Shown here piece by piece: positions 11,070-25,214 of a stretch of DNA of 64,000 nucleotides (its first letter is position 1; every line of letters starts with the position of its first letter). The notes below the pieces were generated by a model. That model did not search any database, was not told the DNA's origin, and saw nothing but the letters and a program-made list of their open reading frames with translations. Origin of the DNA: Lytechinus pictus (Eukaryota); the NCBI RefSeq assembly GCF_037042905.1, contig NC_087263.1, forward strand, positions 7,690,001 to 7,754,000, in the 5' to 3' direction. A program made the position numbers and the translations under genes.

Positions 11070-13629
11070 TTAATTGCAAAATTTATGTTTGATTTTGGGA
11101 TTAAAAATTGCCTTGCAATTGCATGGAAGATTCTTGAGAAACACCCCCATAAGTTTTCTATGAAAATCTCCCCTGATCAAGAAAAAAAAATTCTTTCAAC
11201 ATTATCATGACAGGTGAACATTTGAAAGGTATGGTAATTAATAAATATGCACCATCTGTACAGAGTGCTGCCTTGAAAAATACATTTACATAAAATGAGT
11301 CAACAGTCACATAAAAATGAGGTATCACATAATCACTCTATAAGTAAATAGACATAATTTTTTTTTCATGGAGCCAGCCATTTAAGAAGTGTTTACAAAT
11401 ACCACTAAAACCCAACTTACATATTATACAACAATATGTGATACAAAAATGAGACATTATACACACACTTGTAAATACCAGATTTTTAGAAACTAGAACA
11501 TTCTTGCTCGTATATTAAAAGAAAGTTGATTTCTTGAGAGTGTCGTTTTACATCAAACAAAGAAGAAATGGACAAAGACATGATTTGGTACTATAGTTGA
11601 TTATTGTACATGTATGCATTCAAATAAATGCTGTAAAACTAAACACAACCACTTTCAAAATATAGACTATAACATTTGCACCAGCAATTTCTTGGACAGA
11701 AAGCATAATTTATTTTTTCAAATGTTATGGGTTTTTTTACGGGACTACTTAATAAGAAAAAATTAAAAATGTGTTAAAGTGGGGTATCCAACTCTTAGAA
11801 AAAAAATCCTAGATTCTCACGGACCAATTTTGAGGAAAGCCCACATACTCAAATGATCAAAATAAAAATTAAAGGGAACATTTCCAGATGGGCGTTTCAT
11901 AAAGCTGTTTGTAATTTACGAGCGACTTTATGAACCACTGGTAATCCTTTCTTACAAGTTTAATCAATACCAATGAAAATTTGTTGCTCATAATTTACCA
12001 CACAAAAAGGTCACTAGTCGTTCACAAAGTCACTTGTAACTCACGTACAGCTATATGTATATGAAACAGCTGCCAGGTTAAACAAGTGCACATATGACAA
12101 CATATCACTGGAGATGAGTTTATATCTATACAACAGTGGTACATGTGTTGAGATAACTGTATCTGAGCTTCATGTAAATATAATGTGAGGCAATTCATAC
12201 ATATTTGTTGTGTGACAAGTTGTCAATTCTTTTGACTGGTTGAGCACAGCTATTGGACTGTTACAATGGTACATGTAAGTATGGGCTTTCATTCTGAAGA
12301 ATGTTTGGTTCATCATAACCTGTTAAAAGCCTATTGACTTGAAAACACAGTTTAATCACCTTTGTGAGGTCAGATATAGAACCCTGGAAATGTTGCTTGA
12401 GATATAGAATCACAATTGTCAAAATTTATTGCATATGTATTTCAGCCACTTTTCTCCCTTCAGTAATTTCAGGTTTAATCAAAGGGCCATGTCATATGTG
12501 TTGGTCACATATAATGCATGAATGAATAAAGTTTTTTAAATGATGAAAATTCAAACAAAAATTGGCCTATTCCAAGTTCAAAGTTATTTTGTAGTTCTGT
12601 GATGAAATCTTTCAAATCATTTCAACAGACTGACATAGTGAAAAATAACCTTTTATGGCAATAACCCGAACGAGTGACCACATTTCATTAGAGGTAAAAA
12701 CAATAAGAACAACTTTACTTTATTGACAAAGCAGTTTCACTAATATTTACCGATAAGATATTAAAGGTGATTTACAAACAAAACCATGGTTAAGATATCT
12801 TTGGAATGCAGATATTAATTGTACTTAAAGTGATTGAAGTTTCATAATATTCAATAATGTTCTATCACAAAAGAAACAAAAATCATGATTTCCCAAATGA
12901 GAATTCTTAAGGTTGTTTTGTTTTGTTTTTTCATTTTTTCTTGTCATTTGTATGAATGTAACAACTGCCAGAACATGCCTTCGTATCATCAATTTAGCCC
13001 AGATCCTCTTCTTTTCTTTTATTGTATTGTATTGTATTTTTGTCTATAGGCGTATCCCGTCACAAGCCTCAGCTTTTAGGGTATACGCCTTCTTCTTTAA
13101 ACCCAACATGTACGTATTTATATTTTTCATAACAAATTTATTTATGTATGAATTCATGTTTACGAAAAATGTAATGAAATGGAAAAAAATAAATGTTTAT
13201 TTGAATGGAATTAAATTGAATATAAACGCATTGAATTTAGGATTTATACATTCAAAATATCAGTGACCCATTTTTTAGAAAGAGTAGCAACTGCTGTAAA
13301 AGTTGAAGGGATGGAGCAATGTTGATCTGCCACTTCTCAGTGGCTGCCGAGCCCATTATCAATTGGACAAAATGAACTTTCTGAGGACTTCTATTTCTGA
13401 TTTCTATTTCGAACAATAAGATATGTATTATTATTTGATGCCATTAAAAGCAGCATCTATAAAAACCTTTCATTTGATAAGTTGCTGAGCCATATTTAAT
13501 ACCATGTTCATTCCATAATGTCAAAGTTACTATAGTTGTAAACTTGAACATACAGTATACCTGATATATAATTGTGAAATGCACTTTCTGCTCATAATTA
13601 ATCATCATTGATTGACTTAGTGTTTTCAG

Positions 13630-13893
13630 GGGCCCATCTTAAAAAGAGTTGCGATTGATCCGATCAATCGCAACTATGGAAAGCCAGCAAAGTCAATATG
13701 CATGTTTGTTCAAAAGATTTTCTAGATATGAATGTACATTCATACTTTCATTAATTTCTTGACAATTTAGTGTGGTGTCCTTTGTTTAAATTGGACATTT
13801 TGCAAATTTCTTGAAGAAAAAATTATGGCACTGATGGATTTCCATAGAGTTGCGATTGATTGGATCAATCGCAATTCTTTGTAAGACGGGGCC
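13630..13893. mobile_element. Harbinger-like MITE downstream of the FRS2 stop codon
   Basis: CAG|GGGCCCATCTTAAAAAGAGTTGCGATTGATCC ... GGATCAATCGCAATTCTTTGTAAGACGGGGCC|CTG. Confidence 0.7.
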
Positions 13894-14646
13894 CTGGTCT
13901 GTCACAAATCAAGCAGTAAATTTTATGATTGATGTAAACTTAGAAACCAAATTTTCTGATTTGTAGTCACTTGCAAGCATATAGTCTCAATTCTCAGATC
14001 GTCCAACTCCACCATGGCTAACTGACTTGGTCTACTATAAATTTGGTCTAATTAGTATGTGGTCCAACCATCACTTAGTCTAAATACTCACTTGGTCTAA
14101 ATATAATAGGTCTCATGCCAAGTTGATCTAATTTCCACTTTATCTGGTGTTAATTAAGTCAAGGCAACATTAGACATATTAGGCATAGACTTACTGAGAA
14201 ATAGACAAGGTAGATAAAAGTGGGATAAACGGCTCTCGATCAGACCAAATAGTTAATAATAGACAATTAAACTGATTGTAGAAGAACTACATGTAGGATA
14301 AGAACATGTAATATGATATTAAATGTAAAGTAGATCAAGTGCTAGTAGACCAAGAGGAAATGTACCAATTTTCTTTCAATATTTTACTTGGCTACAAACT
14401 ATGAAGTATTGAAGATAAAGGTGATCTAATGATTTGTACAAGACAGTGCATGTTCATGACATATTAAAACACTATATTTTCTAAAGAGTTGAATTCTACC
14501 ATACTTGCTCCAATTACTAATCCCATATAAAATGTATAAAGCCAAATTCTTTCAAAATCCCATTTTATTTAGAGGCACTTGGCCATATGTGACTAGGAAA
14601 TAAAAAAATGGATTGAAAATTTAGGCAGGATGATTTCCAAATGAAA

Positions 14647-16122
14647 TCATCGTGTTTTGTTGTCGGTCCATACGTCATGTCGTGTCCTTCGTGTTGAAAT
14701 GTCCAGGTCTCCTTCCACGTGCCTGTGAGAATTTGCGAGCGCTACAGTCTTTTCTATATCTATTCTGGCATAGATATCTGTCTTAGTCCCCGGTATGGCG
14801 CTTTCTGTGGGAGTTGATACTGGTGTTTTGGGCGGCGTGGTGCTGGAGCTCATAGACCGGTGAAAGGTTTTTAAATTGTGGACAATGGGTTGATCATTTT
14901 CATCAAAGTCTAACTGGATGTAGTTCATTTTGCCTTTAGGTGGTGGTTGCAATTCCATCCAGCCCCCGGGGCCGTTAGGCCCGCTACTGCTTCCTGAAAG
15001 ACTATGACGCATCGGCTGCACCTCCGGTAACGAGTTCAAATTGGCGTAGTTATGATCTACGGGTGAACAGCTCCCTCTGTTGAGCTCAAATGTGAATTCC
15101 GATCCTGTGCTCCCTTTACTGGACGTGCTGCGAGGGGTACGAAGCTCCGGGTAGAACTGAAAATTTGGTTGCCAGTTGGGTGGGAGCTCGCCGGCGGTGT
15201 CTAAATTTGCATAGTAGGAAAGCGGCGAGACGCGCTGGCTTGCGTTACTGGATGAATTGGAGCATACGGTGCAGGGGGATATGTTATCGTTGCGACCCAT
15301 CTCCAGCTTCTGCAGAACGTCCTGAAGCTGTTGTTCTGTTAGATTTGCATAATTGACAAGAATGTTTAACTTGGAATCTGCATCCATGCTGCGATCTTTC
15401 AAACGGATGTTGCCATTTGCCACATCCTGTAACAAAGCCGTAGTTTCCATTTCACTGACCTCTCGCTTTCCATTTTTCTTGACTTTCAACCTGGTATTGT
15501 CTTTCCCCTCGCTGCCCATGACATGGCTAACATCAATCTTTCCATCATCAACTGCTTCCTTCTTGGAAGGATCATCATCATCTCTGAAATCATTGAATGT
15601 AGAAGGTTCTTTGTCCAACTCATCTTTGGTGTTGCCCTCCGTATGGTTTGTTAAACCATCAGAGTCATCTTGTGAGCAATCCTTACTTTGAGCCTCATCA
15701 TCAAGGATTCCAAGCAATGTTCTTTCTTGACTATCCTTCCCTTCACACACTCCTTCATTCATCTTCTCCTCCTCTTTTTTCTTTGGTTCTTCTGTCTCTC
15801 CTTCACCTCCATCCTGTCCCTCGGAGTCAAGATCCACCAGTGGTACCCTGCCTTCACCATTCTCCCCCATGACCTTGTCAATGTCCTTCTCTGCTTTGAC
15901 CTTGTCATCATCCCTCTCCCCTTTGGCATTGTCTTTGCCCTCCTCTCCTTTGACCTTGTCATCGTCCTTCTCCCCTCTGACCTTGTCTTTGTCCTTCTCC
16001 ACCTTGGTTTGGTCTTCATCTGATGGTAGCTTCAATCTTGCATAATTGAGGGCAGGATCACCAAAGCTATCCTGACTTGTGTCTCCCTGACCACCATCAG
16101 CCATAAGAGAGTCCTCATGGGT
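14647..16122 (-). CDS. FRS2: FRS2/FRS3-like FGFR substrate, last coding exon
   Basis: Acceptor catatAG then THEDSL-MADGG... in frame with the 485-aa ORF; YANL x3 (Grb2-type YxN), NYIQLD and IYARIDIEKTVAL (FRS2 SHP2-site-like), C-terminal RRTRH as in FRS2/3. Confidence 0.9.
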   Translation of the reverse strand, partial: THEDSLMADGGQGDTSQDSFGDPALNYARLKLPSDEDQTKVEKDKDKVRGEKDDDKVKGEEGKDNAKGERDDDKVKAEKDIDKVMGENGEGRVPLVDLDSEGQDGGEGETEEPKKKEEEKMNEGVCEGKDSQERTLLGILDDEAQSKDCSQDDSDGLTNHTEGNTKDELDKEPSTFNDFRDDDDPSKKEAVDDGKIDVSHVMGSEGKDNTRLKVKKNGKREVSEMETTALLQDVANGNIRLKDRSMDADSKLNILVNYANLTEQQLQDVLQKLEMGRNDNISPCTVCSNSSSNASQRVSPLSYYANLDTAGELPPNWQPNFQFYPELRTPRSTSSKGSTGSEFTFELNRGSCSPVDHNYANLNSLPEVQPMRHSLSGSSSGPNGPGGWMELQPPPKGKMNYIQLDFDENDQPIVHNLKTFHRSMSSSTTPPKTPVSTPTESAIPGTKTDIYARIDIEKTVALANSHRHVEGDLDISTRRTRHDVWTDNKTR

Positions 16123-16775
16123 CTATATGATATCAACAGAAAACAAACGTTCACTAATTAAATCATTCCTCATCAACTGATTCAAGAATAAACAATGACT
16201 GGAATTCAACATGGAAAAAATTCACTACAGCAGTGTTTTCTGGGCTTTAATTCATATTCCTAAAAATGAACAAAATTTCTAGTTCGAAATCAGATTACCA
16301 ATCATTTTAATGCTCATTTTAATTCACATTTGCTAAAGTTTAAATATTATAAATCATTTCCAAGTGAAATTCTTGTCAATAACAAACGTTTGAATGCAGT
16401 CTCACGTCAAGTTTAAGTTTAATAGGTTTATGGGAAATTCTGTCCCATCTAGCTAAAATACATTCAGAGTTCTTACACTTTCTGATTAAAAAAAACTCAA
16501 GGATTATTCTATAACATTCCAGGACTCTATGGATTTGAAAAACTAGAAAAATGTAATGGAACATATTATTTTGATTAAAATGTATATATCATTAAATCAC
16601 ATTTACTTTCTTGGGAAGCACATTCTAAAATTCCAGGACTTTCAAGGGGATTCAAAGACTTTTCAGGCCTGAAAGTTGAAAAAGCAAAATTGCAGGACAT
16701 TCTAGGTTTTCAAGGAGGTGTCAGAACACAAAATTTGATCAAAGGGTGGTCTTATATTCACGGGAATCAACTTAC

Positions 16776-17194
16776 CGCTTCAAGAGGAGATTCTGGGATG
16801 CAGTTATCACCAAAAGGTAGCGTGTTAACATACTGCATGGTCGGAGATATAGGGGAAATCCTCGGGCTACAACTACTTTTACTATCAACGTTGCAATACA
16901 TGGAACGAGGACTGGTCGGGGGAGCATACGAGATGTCCGAGCTAACGCTGGGATGAGGTGAAACACCACCGTTGGAGACACCGTGAGCTACACCGTTCAC
17001 CCCTGACGCGTTGGAGCTTGCACGACTCATGGTTTGGCTCTGCGGTAAGGCGGTGTCCGTGCTGAGGCTCCGTTGGCGTGATGTCCTCGAGATGGGGTTG
17101 TTGTTTGAGCTAGTGTTCTCGTCGGTATGCTGCGCATTCTCCTGAACTAAGCGGAAGATCTCTATAGCGTGTTTACTCTTGAAGGCATAGATAC
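16776..17194 (-). CDS. FRS2: FRS2/FRS3-like, second coding exon
   Basis: Acceptor cccAG; (G)IYAFKSKHAIEIFRLVQE completes the PTB domain; contains YCNV and YVNT; donor GCG|gtaagt; 419 nt, phases join. Confidence 0.9.
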
Positions 17195-17395
17195 CTGGGT
17201 ATGAAACAAATTCATTATTGTTATCATTATGAGATTATCAAACTAACCAAAAGTAAGTGTAATTCACGTTAAAACTCAAACCAACAGGTCCAATATGAAT
17301 AATTATAGTGATAATAAGAAGCATAGATCTATAGCACTAACAACATTTGTATACTCTTAATATTTCCCAAGCTTTTGCATGGCTACTCTGATCAG

Positions 17396-17552
17396 GGGAG
17401 TGTTTCATCAACATTTTCATCCGACAAGTTGTCAGATCTGACATCTTTCTCTGATGTTGATTGGCTGAGAGGTACTCTTACTATGGTAACTGTCAGATAA
17501 AATGGGACTTGTCGGATAAAACGTCCGACAAGTCCTTTCATGAAACGCTCCC
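17396..17552. mobile_element. Harbinger-like MITE with CAG TSD in an FRS2 intron
   Basis: CAG|GGGAGTGTTTCAT ... ATGAAACGCTCCC|CAG. Confidence 0.75.
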
Positions 17553-18465
17553 CAGGTGCTCAAGCTTTCAAGGAATTTCTTCCTCCAGAGTACCCACTAC
17601 ACCTGGGAGAGTGGCAAATGCAGTTGCTCCAGTGGGATCTGAATCCGAGGCCCAGACCTTGTGGTTCAAAGTCCAAAGAAATATTATCATTATTTTTATT
17701 TTTATTTAATCGGCATTTCAAAATATGTGAATTATACAATACAAATTAAATAAACAATAGGATATACGTGACATAATATAAGGACCTGGAATAGAGATGA
17801 AGGGGCTGCCTGGGTTTGGAAAAGGTAGTATTCATATGTTTCTTCCTTCAAATACCCCTTTATCTCCATCCAGGTCAGTATAAGAATATAAAAAGAAACA
17901 TATCAATCAAAAGTATGCGACTGAAACTGGCAACAGTTAATTTGGTGTAACAAATGTAACATGGATCCATCCACTGAGTCACAACACCTGATCTACACCC
18001 ACAATATTTAAGGTTCAATATCAACTTAACAAACAAATAATAATAAACTACATAACATGTACATGAAGCTGAAGACATAAATCAATCTACTAGACCTTTA
18101 ATTTAATAATTTCTTGAAAAAAATCACAAGGCACTGATAACCAAGACACTTACTGGTTAATCAAGTTTTTCACAGGAGTGGGATATATGTATATTTACCT
18201 TGACAAGAGAATAGTATTACAGACTTTGCTCATTATAAGTCAAGTTTCTATCGACCACAGAAATCTGTTTGGCTTAATAAAGCAAATTTGAATAGAATAA
18301 TTTATTCACAAATTAATGTTTGCATATAGTCTGTTCCGAAATAAAACTTCAAGTTTGTTTATTATTCGACTTATGTAAGGTCAATTTATATATTTTTTTC
18401 AAGCATCTGTAGAGTATACTGTACAATTGTACATGCATCTATCCAATGAAGTAGGGCCTAATTAC

Positions 18466-18724
18466 CTGGTCCTGTAGCGCATCTCCGCCCACTCTCAAAG
18501 GAGAAGAGGTTGGTATCGTGACCATAGCGACGAAGACATCTCAGCGGCCATTTAACAGGATCCGCATTGACGACATGAAGGATGAGATCAGTCTGTGTCA
18601 CTTCTAGGTAACCCTTATTGACCACGTGACCCGACTCATTCACATTGCGGACCTTGAAGCAGTTGGGCTCCAACCCACCGGCCATCCCATTCTTGGGAAT
18701 CAAGCAGTGGAGGTCGTTACCCAT
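18466..18724 (-). CDS. FRS2: FRS2/FRS3-like, first coding exon (N-terminal MG + IRS-type PTB domain)
   Basis: MGNDLHC...FKVRNV...GYLEVTQTDLILH...VKWPLRCLRRYGHDTNLFSFESGRRCATGP; donor G|gtaatt; exon acceptor ttctacAG at 18800-18801, so a non-coding exon lies further upstream. Confidence 0.93.
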
Positions 18725-21700
18725 GGCAACTGGTGGGTGTGGTCTGCAGCTTCCTCAACATGTGATTGGTTGATGTTGTTGTCAATCATAAAAGAATACC
18801 TGTAGAAGGAGATGAAACAGATGTATGGAGGATAAGACATCAGTTTGGAATTAAAGAGGGATATTAAACTTTAAATCAACTATTAAAACATTGAAACACC
18901 TAGCCCAAAACCGACAATCAAAGAATGAATTACAAGTACCGATAACTTTGTCAAACAGAAAAAAAATTGCTTCTCATGGAATCAAAGATCTACCATTTCT
19001 CTTCCTAGGTTACAATTAACATCAAGAATACTTTTAAGATGAAATGGAAGATGATCTAAAACAACAATGGAAGAAAAGTTTAAACAACTATTCATTATGC
19101 ATACATGTACTTTAATTTCTTTCAATTTATTTCATGGGGACTTTACATAAGGGCTCTGCTTTTCAGTTGGCCCTCCCTATCCTTCAATTTATATTTCATT
19201 TTGAAAATGGTTTATTGTGTTGTCTATATTGTTTTTATACTATATATTCTTGAAATGTGACGAACCTATAAAACTGCATCACCATTGAAAGAATCGAAAG
19301 TGGATCGAAAATAAAATAATTGAATCTAATGAGGTACACAGTCGTAAATTACGCCTCGGTCAAAAGTTTTCAAATAATGACAAGTGACTGCTGGTCTGAC
19401 GAGCCCAAAGTCTCATTAGATCATCTCCATTGTATACAGTACATGAACCAAGTTTGAAATTGTCAAATTAATCATCCGATCAAAACTAATGTTCACATAA
19501 ATTTTCAAAATTGAAACACTAGAACACATGGATTACACGTACAGTGTATATCCTCTGCATAAAAACTAATTATGATATATAACTGCTTCTTGGTCTGATC
19601 CAAAATTCAAATACAGTTTTGTATATATTCTCAGGTTTATCCTTTCCTCTCCTTTTGCTCTCTCTCTCTCTCTCTCTCTCTGTCCATCTCTTTCATCCTG
19701 CATCACCTAGTAACGTCAGCATTAATCTATCCCCAATCCATCATATTTCATATGAATAATTCTCTTCCCTCCCTATATACTCTGACATTCTTTTGCTCCT
19801 TTTCTCAAAAGAGAGATATTTCCCCCTTTTCTACACATCTGCATGTACATGTATTTGTGGATGTGAGACAAGGGACCTTCCATGATCCCTCCCCCTTCTT
19901 ACCTTCCTCCCCCCCCCCCCCACCCCAATCCCCTTAAGCTAACTTCTCTCCCCCCCCCCTCCTTTCTCAAAAGGAAAGAGGGATCTTTTTCCTTTTCTTC
20001 ACATCTATGTATTTCTAGCTGTGAAAGGAGAACCTTCTCCTCTTCCTACATATACATGTACATATACCTCCCCCCCATCTCCCCCTCCGCCCCCCCCCCC
20101 CTCTCTCTCTCTCTCCCTGTTAGGAGCATGTAAACAACATGGTCCCTGGGAGCAGTAATGACTGTTTACTGCATCTACCAGTCTCACCATCGATTGAGGG
20201 GTCAACCGGCAAACAGCTCTATGATAATTTCTCATACTCTATACAAGTACAATACTATGCAGGTTGTACACACAGCCTGTGATGAAATGTAGGGTAGATC
20301 TATACCACTTGTGTTGAATACATGTATGTATCAATTCCTTTGCCAAATATTCATCAATATTATCACCATCTCTCAAGGAAAGTTTCAAATGAAGCTTGCT
20401 CTCAAATGCTGTACTGCCTTTTTCTTTTTATTTCACTGTTTTACAATGAATATAGGCCTATAATATGTATCTGTCAGTACGCTTGAGCTTTCTGACATTT
20501 TTTTGTTTGTTTATTCTTTTTCATATGACATTCCGAATGACTTAAAATAATGATAATGATGAAAAAAAAATAACCACAGCAACAATAATAATGATACTTC
20601 TACGGTTCTACTACCACTGATAATAACAACAACAAAAATAGCTTGAAGCAAACAGAAATCGAGTCACTTCCATACAATTCATATCAATGTACTGTAGGCC
20701 TATGTTGAGTGTATGAATCAGGTATAGCATTAAATAATGAAACAGAAAGGCAATGAGTCAATTCATTTTTGCCAAATGTTATAAAAATCATCATGTATTA
20801 ATTCTTTAATATGATGCAAAGCCATACAATTGGTCTAAGGTACTGAGCTATTGTAATTCTAACAGTTTCATATCTCACAGAGATGTGTCTATTTCTCTCG
20901 CTCGTGTAAACATGGCCTGCACAGTTAATATCAATCACAAAATTCAATCCTCAATGACGTCCTTTTCCAAACATGTACTGTACATGTAACTTATAGATCG
21001 GCTGTGAATAGTGACAAACCGCATATTGGATTTATCTTTAATCTTGCAGATTAACTTTAAAATATCAAAAAAATAGATCAGTCATTCATATTGGATTTAG
21101 TTTAATCTTAAGGATTAATTCATAATCAATTCTCAAAAATGATTTGAATCAAAGTGTTTTACATTGGATTTAATTTTCATCTTAAGAATAGTAATAATAA
21201 TAATAACATCATATTTTACCCAGGGTAGCCATGCACTTCAGTTCTGAAAACTGTTCTCCCAGAGGGCCCTGCTTAACATATATGTTATTAAAAAAACTTG
21301 AATTAAAACGTTTTAACTTTATATCTAAATCCACCAGGTTTAAATCTAAATCTAATATTCGGCCGGTCACTATTCTCAGCCCATTGGAATGTACAGAAGC
21401 TGAATAAAAATACTGGTTGGCCTTGCATACTAATTAGACCATATACTGATACCATGCTCGAAACTTCAAAAACTTACTCCCGAAAGATGGTCTGCCAGGG
21501 GTCGGTGTGAATGCAACTATATACAGAATCTTAACACCTTTTTTTCACAAAGCAACATTAGGCTAACAATAGACCCTATTCACATCAGCCTCACTTTACC
21601 AAGCTCCATACTCTGTACATGTATGTACAAAAACCTGCATGGGAATCTAGATACAAGCTATCCTGTAGGCTCTCATTTATAATGCATTTCTCTGTCGAAC

Positions 21701-22349
21701 AACCGTTTTTGTCATCTTGGTTTTCATAAATGTTGAGGACGAATGAATTCTGAATATTATGTGGAATATTAAAGTCTAATCAAACACACTGTATGCAAAA
21801 CTGTGTATTGTGACTCAATCATTTTTTTTCTGGGGCTCACTTTTCCAAGGGCTCCTTTGAGCATCGGGGGGGGGGGGGTGAAATTGCCCTGAGCCTCCAC
21901 ATATTTTTTTAACCTGGATGTGACCATGGGAATCAAACTGAACAAGCAACCTATACACAATAGGCCTACATGCAGGCCTACGGGCATATTTCAAGTCCTG
22001 AAATCGAAGAGGGAAATAGAAGAGTGAAGACTTTTCTAGAAAACGAGAAAGAGTTATCATGGTAAACCTCTAGCTGGCATAAAGAACAATTAATTGCATC
22101 TCTGGGAGCCACGTCACAATTTTCGTCTCCAAGTGACGTGTGCAGAGTTTATTAATAGCAAGATGACCAAACAGACAATGTATCTCAAGCCTATCCCTAT
22201 TTTCTCTGAGAGTTCATTATTCTCTCTCTCTCTCTCTCTTTTTCTTTGTCCCTCTCAGATTGGGCAAGTTAACTTGTGTGAATTGAAAGCAGAAAATCCT
22301 GTGATCACAATGCTATGGAGATCCTGCATTTCGCAATGCGACAAGATCA

Positions 22350-22497
22350 AATTGAATTGAATTGAATTGAATTGAATTGAACTTAAATGAATTGAATTGA
22401 ACTGAAATTAACTGAATTGAACTGAACTGAATTGAATTGGCCTGAAATGAATTGAAATGAATTGAATTGAACTGTACTGATCTGAATTGAATTGACC
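22350..22497. repeat. (AATTG/AACTG)n pentanucleotide microsatellite
   Basis: Visible tandem pentamers. Confidence 0.9.
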
Positions 22498-23093
22498 AAA
22501 TTTCACTATCATACAAATTTTCATTGCTATCTTCTTTTTTTTTCTTCATTTTTATCTCTAATGAATTCAACTGGTTTCAAGAGTTAAACCTTTGTAGATT
22601 TGGCAGCAGTGGCGTAATGAGTCAAAAATGTTGAGGGGGCTAGATATGGTGTATCGCATAAATAAAATAAAAAAGTACGAGTGAGCGAATCAAGCAAACA
22701 AAAATTTAGTTATTACAACAATCCAATTTTGTGATAGATTTTGACATAAAATATTAAGAAAATAATATCATGATATTTCATCCTTCTCTCTTTACTATCT
22801 CCGTCATGAAACACTTTATGTTTAACAATAATAAAACTCTTGCTTGGGTCATAAACTGGATACAAACAGGGCGATTCCACACGATATCTTCAGGGAGCAT
22901 TCAAAACTTAATTTTCAAGATACAAAAATGAAAATTGATATACCGGTAAACTTGAATTCCATAAAAAGAGTGAATGCCTGAATGGATGGCACATTGAAAG
23001 CAATAACTGATTGCATATAAATTGATTTGTAAAAATTAATAGCAAATTTTAGATGTCAGAACTGACCTAGCCTAGTCACCTAGCCTTAAATAA

Positions 23094-23680
23094 AGGAGAA
23101 TGAAACCCTTGAAACCAGCTGAATCCATATCAAAGAGAAAAATCAAAGAAACATATTGTTGAAAGTTTGAGGAAGATTGAATGAATAATAAGAAAGTTAT
23201 GAGCATTTGAATATTGAGATCACTAATGCCATGTAGATCCTCCCATTGGCAATGCGACCAAGATCTGTGATGTCACACACGTACAACTCCCTCATTACTT
23301 TAGTACTTATTTCACTTATATTCTCACTTTTATAGAGTCTATCACAAGGTGAGGTGTTCTCTTTATGAGAGGACAAGTACAGAGGTTTCACAACATTATA
23401 TCATTGATGAATCGTTTGTCATATGATTAGAATGAGCAAAAAGATATGTTTTGGGGTACATATATTTTCAGTGTCCAAAAGGGGAGAGTTGTTCATCTGT
23501 GACATCATAGATCTTGGTCGCATTGCCAATGGGAGGATCTCCATAGCACTAGTGATCTCGACATTCAAATGCTCATAACTCTTCTATTGCTAGTCCTATT
23601 TTACTCAACTTTTGTTGATCGTATTCTTTGATTTTTCTGCTTTCACAAAAGCTAACTTGCTCCAAGAGTTTCATTCTCCT
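23094..23680. mobile_element. Kolobok-type MITE family B, copy 1
   Basis: AGGAGAATGAAAC ... GTTTCATTCTCCT|TTAA; long palindromic arms; nearly identical to 36662-37245. Confidence 0.85.
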
Positions 23681-24138
23681 TTAAATACACATCAAGTCTG
23701 ACAACGCACACATACATGTAGTGTGTCCCATGCGCATGATCAGACCAATGCAGTGATGTGTTATATAGCCTGCATGGGATGTACCGCATGCAACTGAAAT
23801 CTCATTGTGACCCTAAGCCACACTTAAAGGAAACCGAACCCCATACATATTTACTTAATCAGTTTACTCGCCGCAAAGTACTCTTTCATTTGATGCATTG
23901 ATCACCAAATTAGCCCTTCTAGATCACTCTGTAGACAGCTTTTTCGAAGCAGTAATTTATCATATTCTAAAGTCGTCTGCTGCCGTTGGGCGCGGCCATT
24001 TTGTAAATTCTGAGGCGGACTCCCTGCCGAGTTGTGACGTAGTAGGCGAAGATTGGTGAGCGATCGATATGCTAGCAAACCGCGCGCCGATTCAATTCAT
24101 GTACACAACGCGTTGTTTTGTTTTGATCAGGTGCAAAT

Positions 24139-24501
24139 ATGGTCTACTGTCAAGCTTTCGGTTGCAATAATACTACAAATACTGGGTGTAAAAAGCATGG
24201 AGTAAGCTTCCATGCTATTCCAGATCCTCTTAAAAGGCCAGAGGAATGTAGGAAATGGATTGCTGCACTCAAAGTTGAGAAATTTGACTTCAAAACCTAC
24301 AGGTTTAACAGGAGCAATGTGGTGTGCAGCGAGCACTTCGTGGAGAGCGATTTTGTGGAGGACCTCCGAGCAAAGTTGATGGGATCCAAGGAAAAGAAGA
24401 GGCTGAAAGATGGTGCCATACCCTCAGTTTTCGATTATAGGCCTTTGCCTAAACGAAGAAGACTGTCAGAAGATAGGGACGCCAAAGTGACAGCGAAAAG
24501 G
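24139..24501 (+). CDS. Kolobok transposase exon 1: THAP (C2CH) zinc finger
   Basis: MVYCQAFGCNN...SFHAIP...RKWIAAL...VCSEHF...LKDGAIPSVF fits the THAP consensus; donor AGG|gtatgt, phase 0. Confidence 0.9.
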
Positions 24502-24716
24502 GTATGTAGAATTGACAGAATTTTATTTTTATCGTACGATGATCTGCTTGGTCAAATCTCGCTCTTACCAGCACATGCAGGTTTGTTGGGCCCGAACTCG
24601 CCCACCCACGGCCTCGTTCGCGCCGTCTATTTGCTGCACGTTCCGAATCGGCATGCTTGCAATACTGGCTGCACTGGCCGTGAGGAGTGCAGTGGGTGCC
24701 CCAGCAGCTAGCGCTA

Positions 24717-25214
24717 GTAGATGGGGGATCGGGTGTCCGGACACTTTATATTTTTGAAGCCTTCTTTTTTGTCTTAAGATTACACTAAAAATATGAATTC
24801 AATAGTTGTAATCATCTTATATTTTGTTCTCTATAATATTTCCTTACATTTTGTACTAAAAATTGATGACACTTCGCTTGTAATTTTTTCCAAATGACTT
24901 TCTAAAAAAAAAGTAAAATTGATCGTCCGGACACACAACCTGTCCGGACACACAACAACTGGGTATACGAGTAGGATGGGGGGTCGGGTGTCCGGACATT
25001 TTATATTTTTGAAGCCTTCTTTTTTGTCTTTGGATTACACTAAAAATACGAATTCAATAGTTGTAATCATATAGTAAAATTAGTATTTCCTGACATTTTG
25101 TACTAAAAATTGATAAAACTTCCCTTGGCCTTGTAAATTTTTCCAAATGACTTTCTAAAAAATATTGATCGTCCGGACACACAACCTGTCCGAACACGCA
25201 ACAACTGGGTATAC
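24717..25214. repeat. Two tandem ~250-bp copies in transposase intron 1
   Basis: 24717-24968 and 24971-25214 both run gtag..atgggg..tcgggtgtccggaca ... caactgggtatac. Confidence 0.85.

Noticed and set aside
15165..16023. Several plus-strand and alternate-frame ORFs over the FRS2 last exon
   Set aside because: Shadow ORFs of the real minus-strand exon.
22313..22570. 85-aa ORF
   Set aside because: Translation of the (AATTG)n repeat.
24502..24711. C-terminal part of the 190-aa THAP ORF as normal coding sequence
   Set aside because: Lies after a good donor (AGG|gtatgt) and runs into an intronic inverted repeat; treated as intron read-through.
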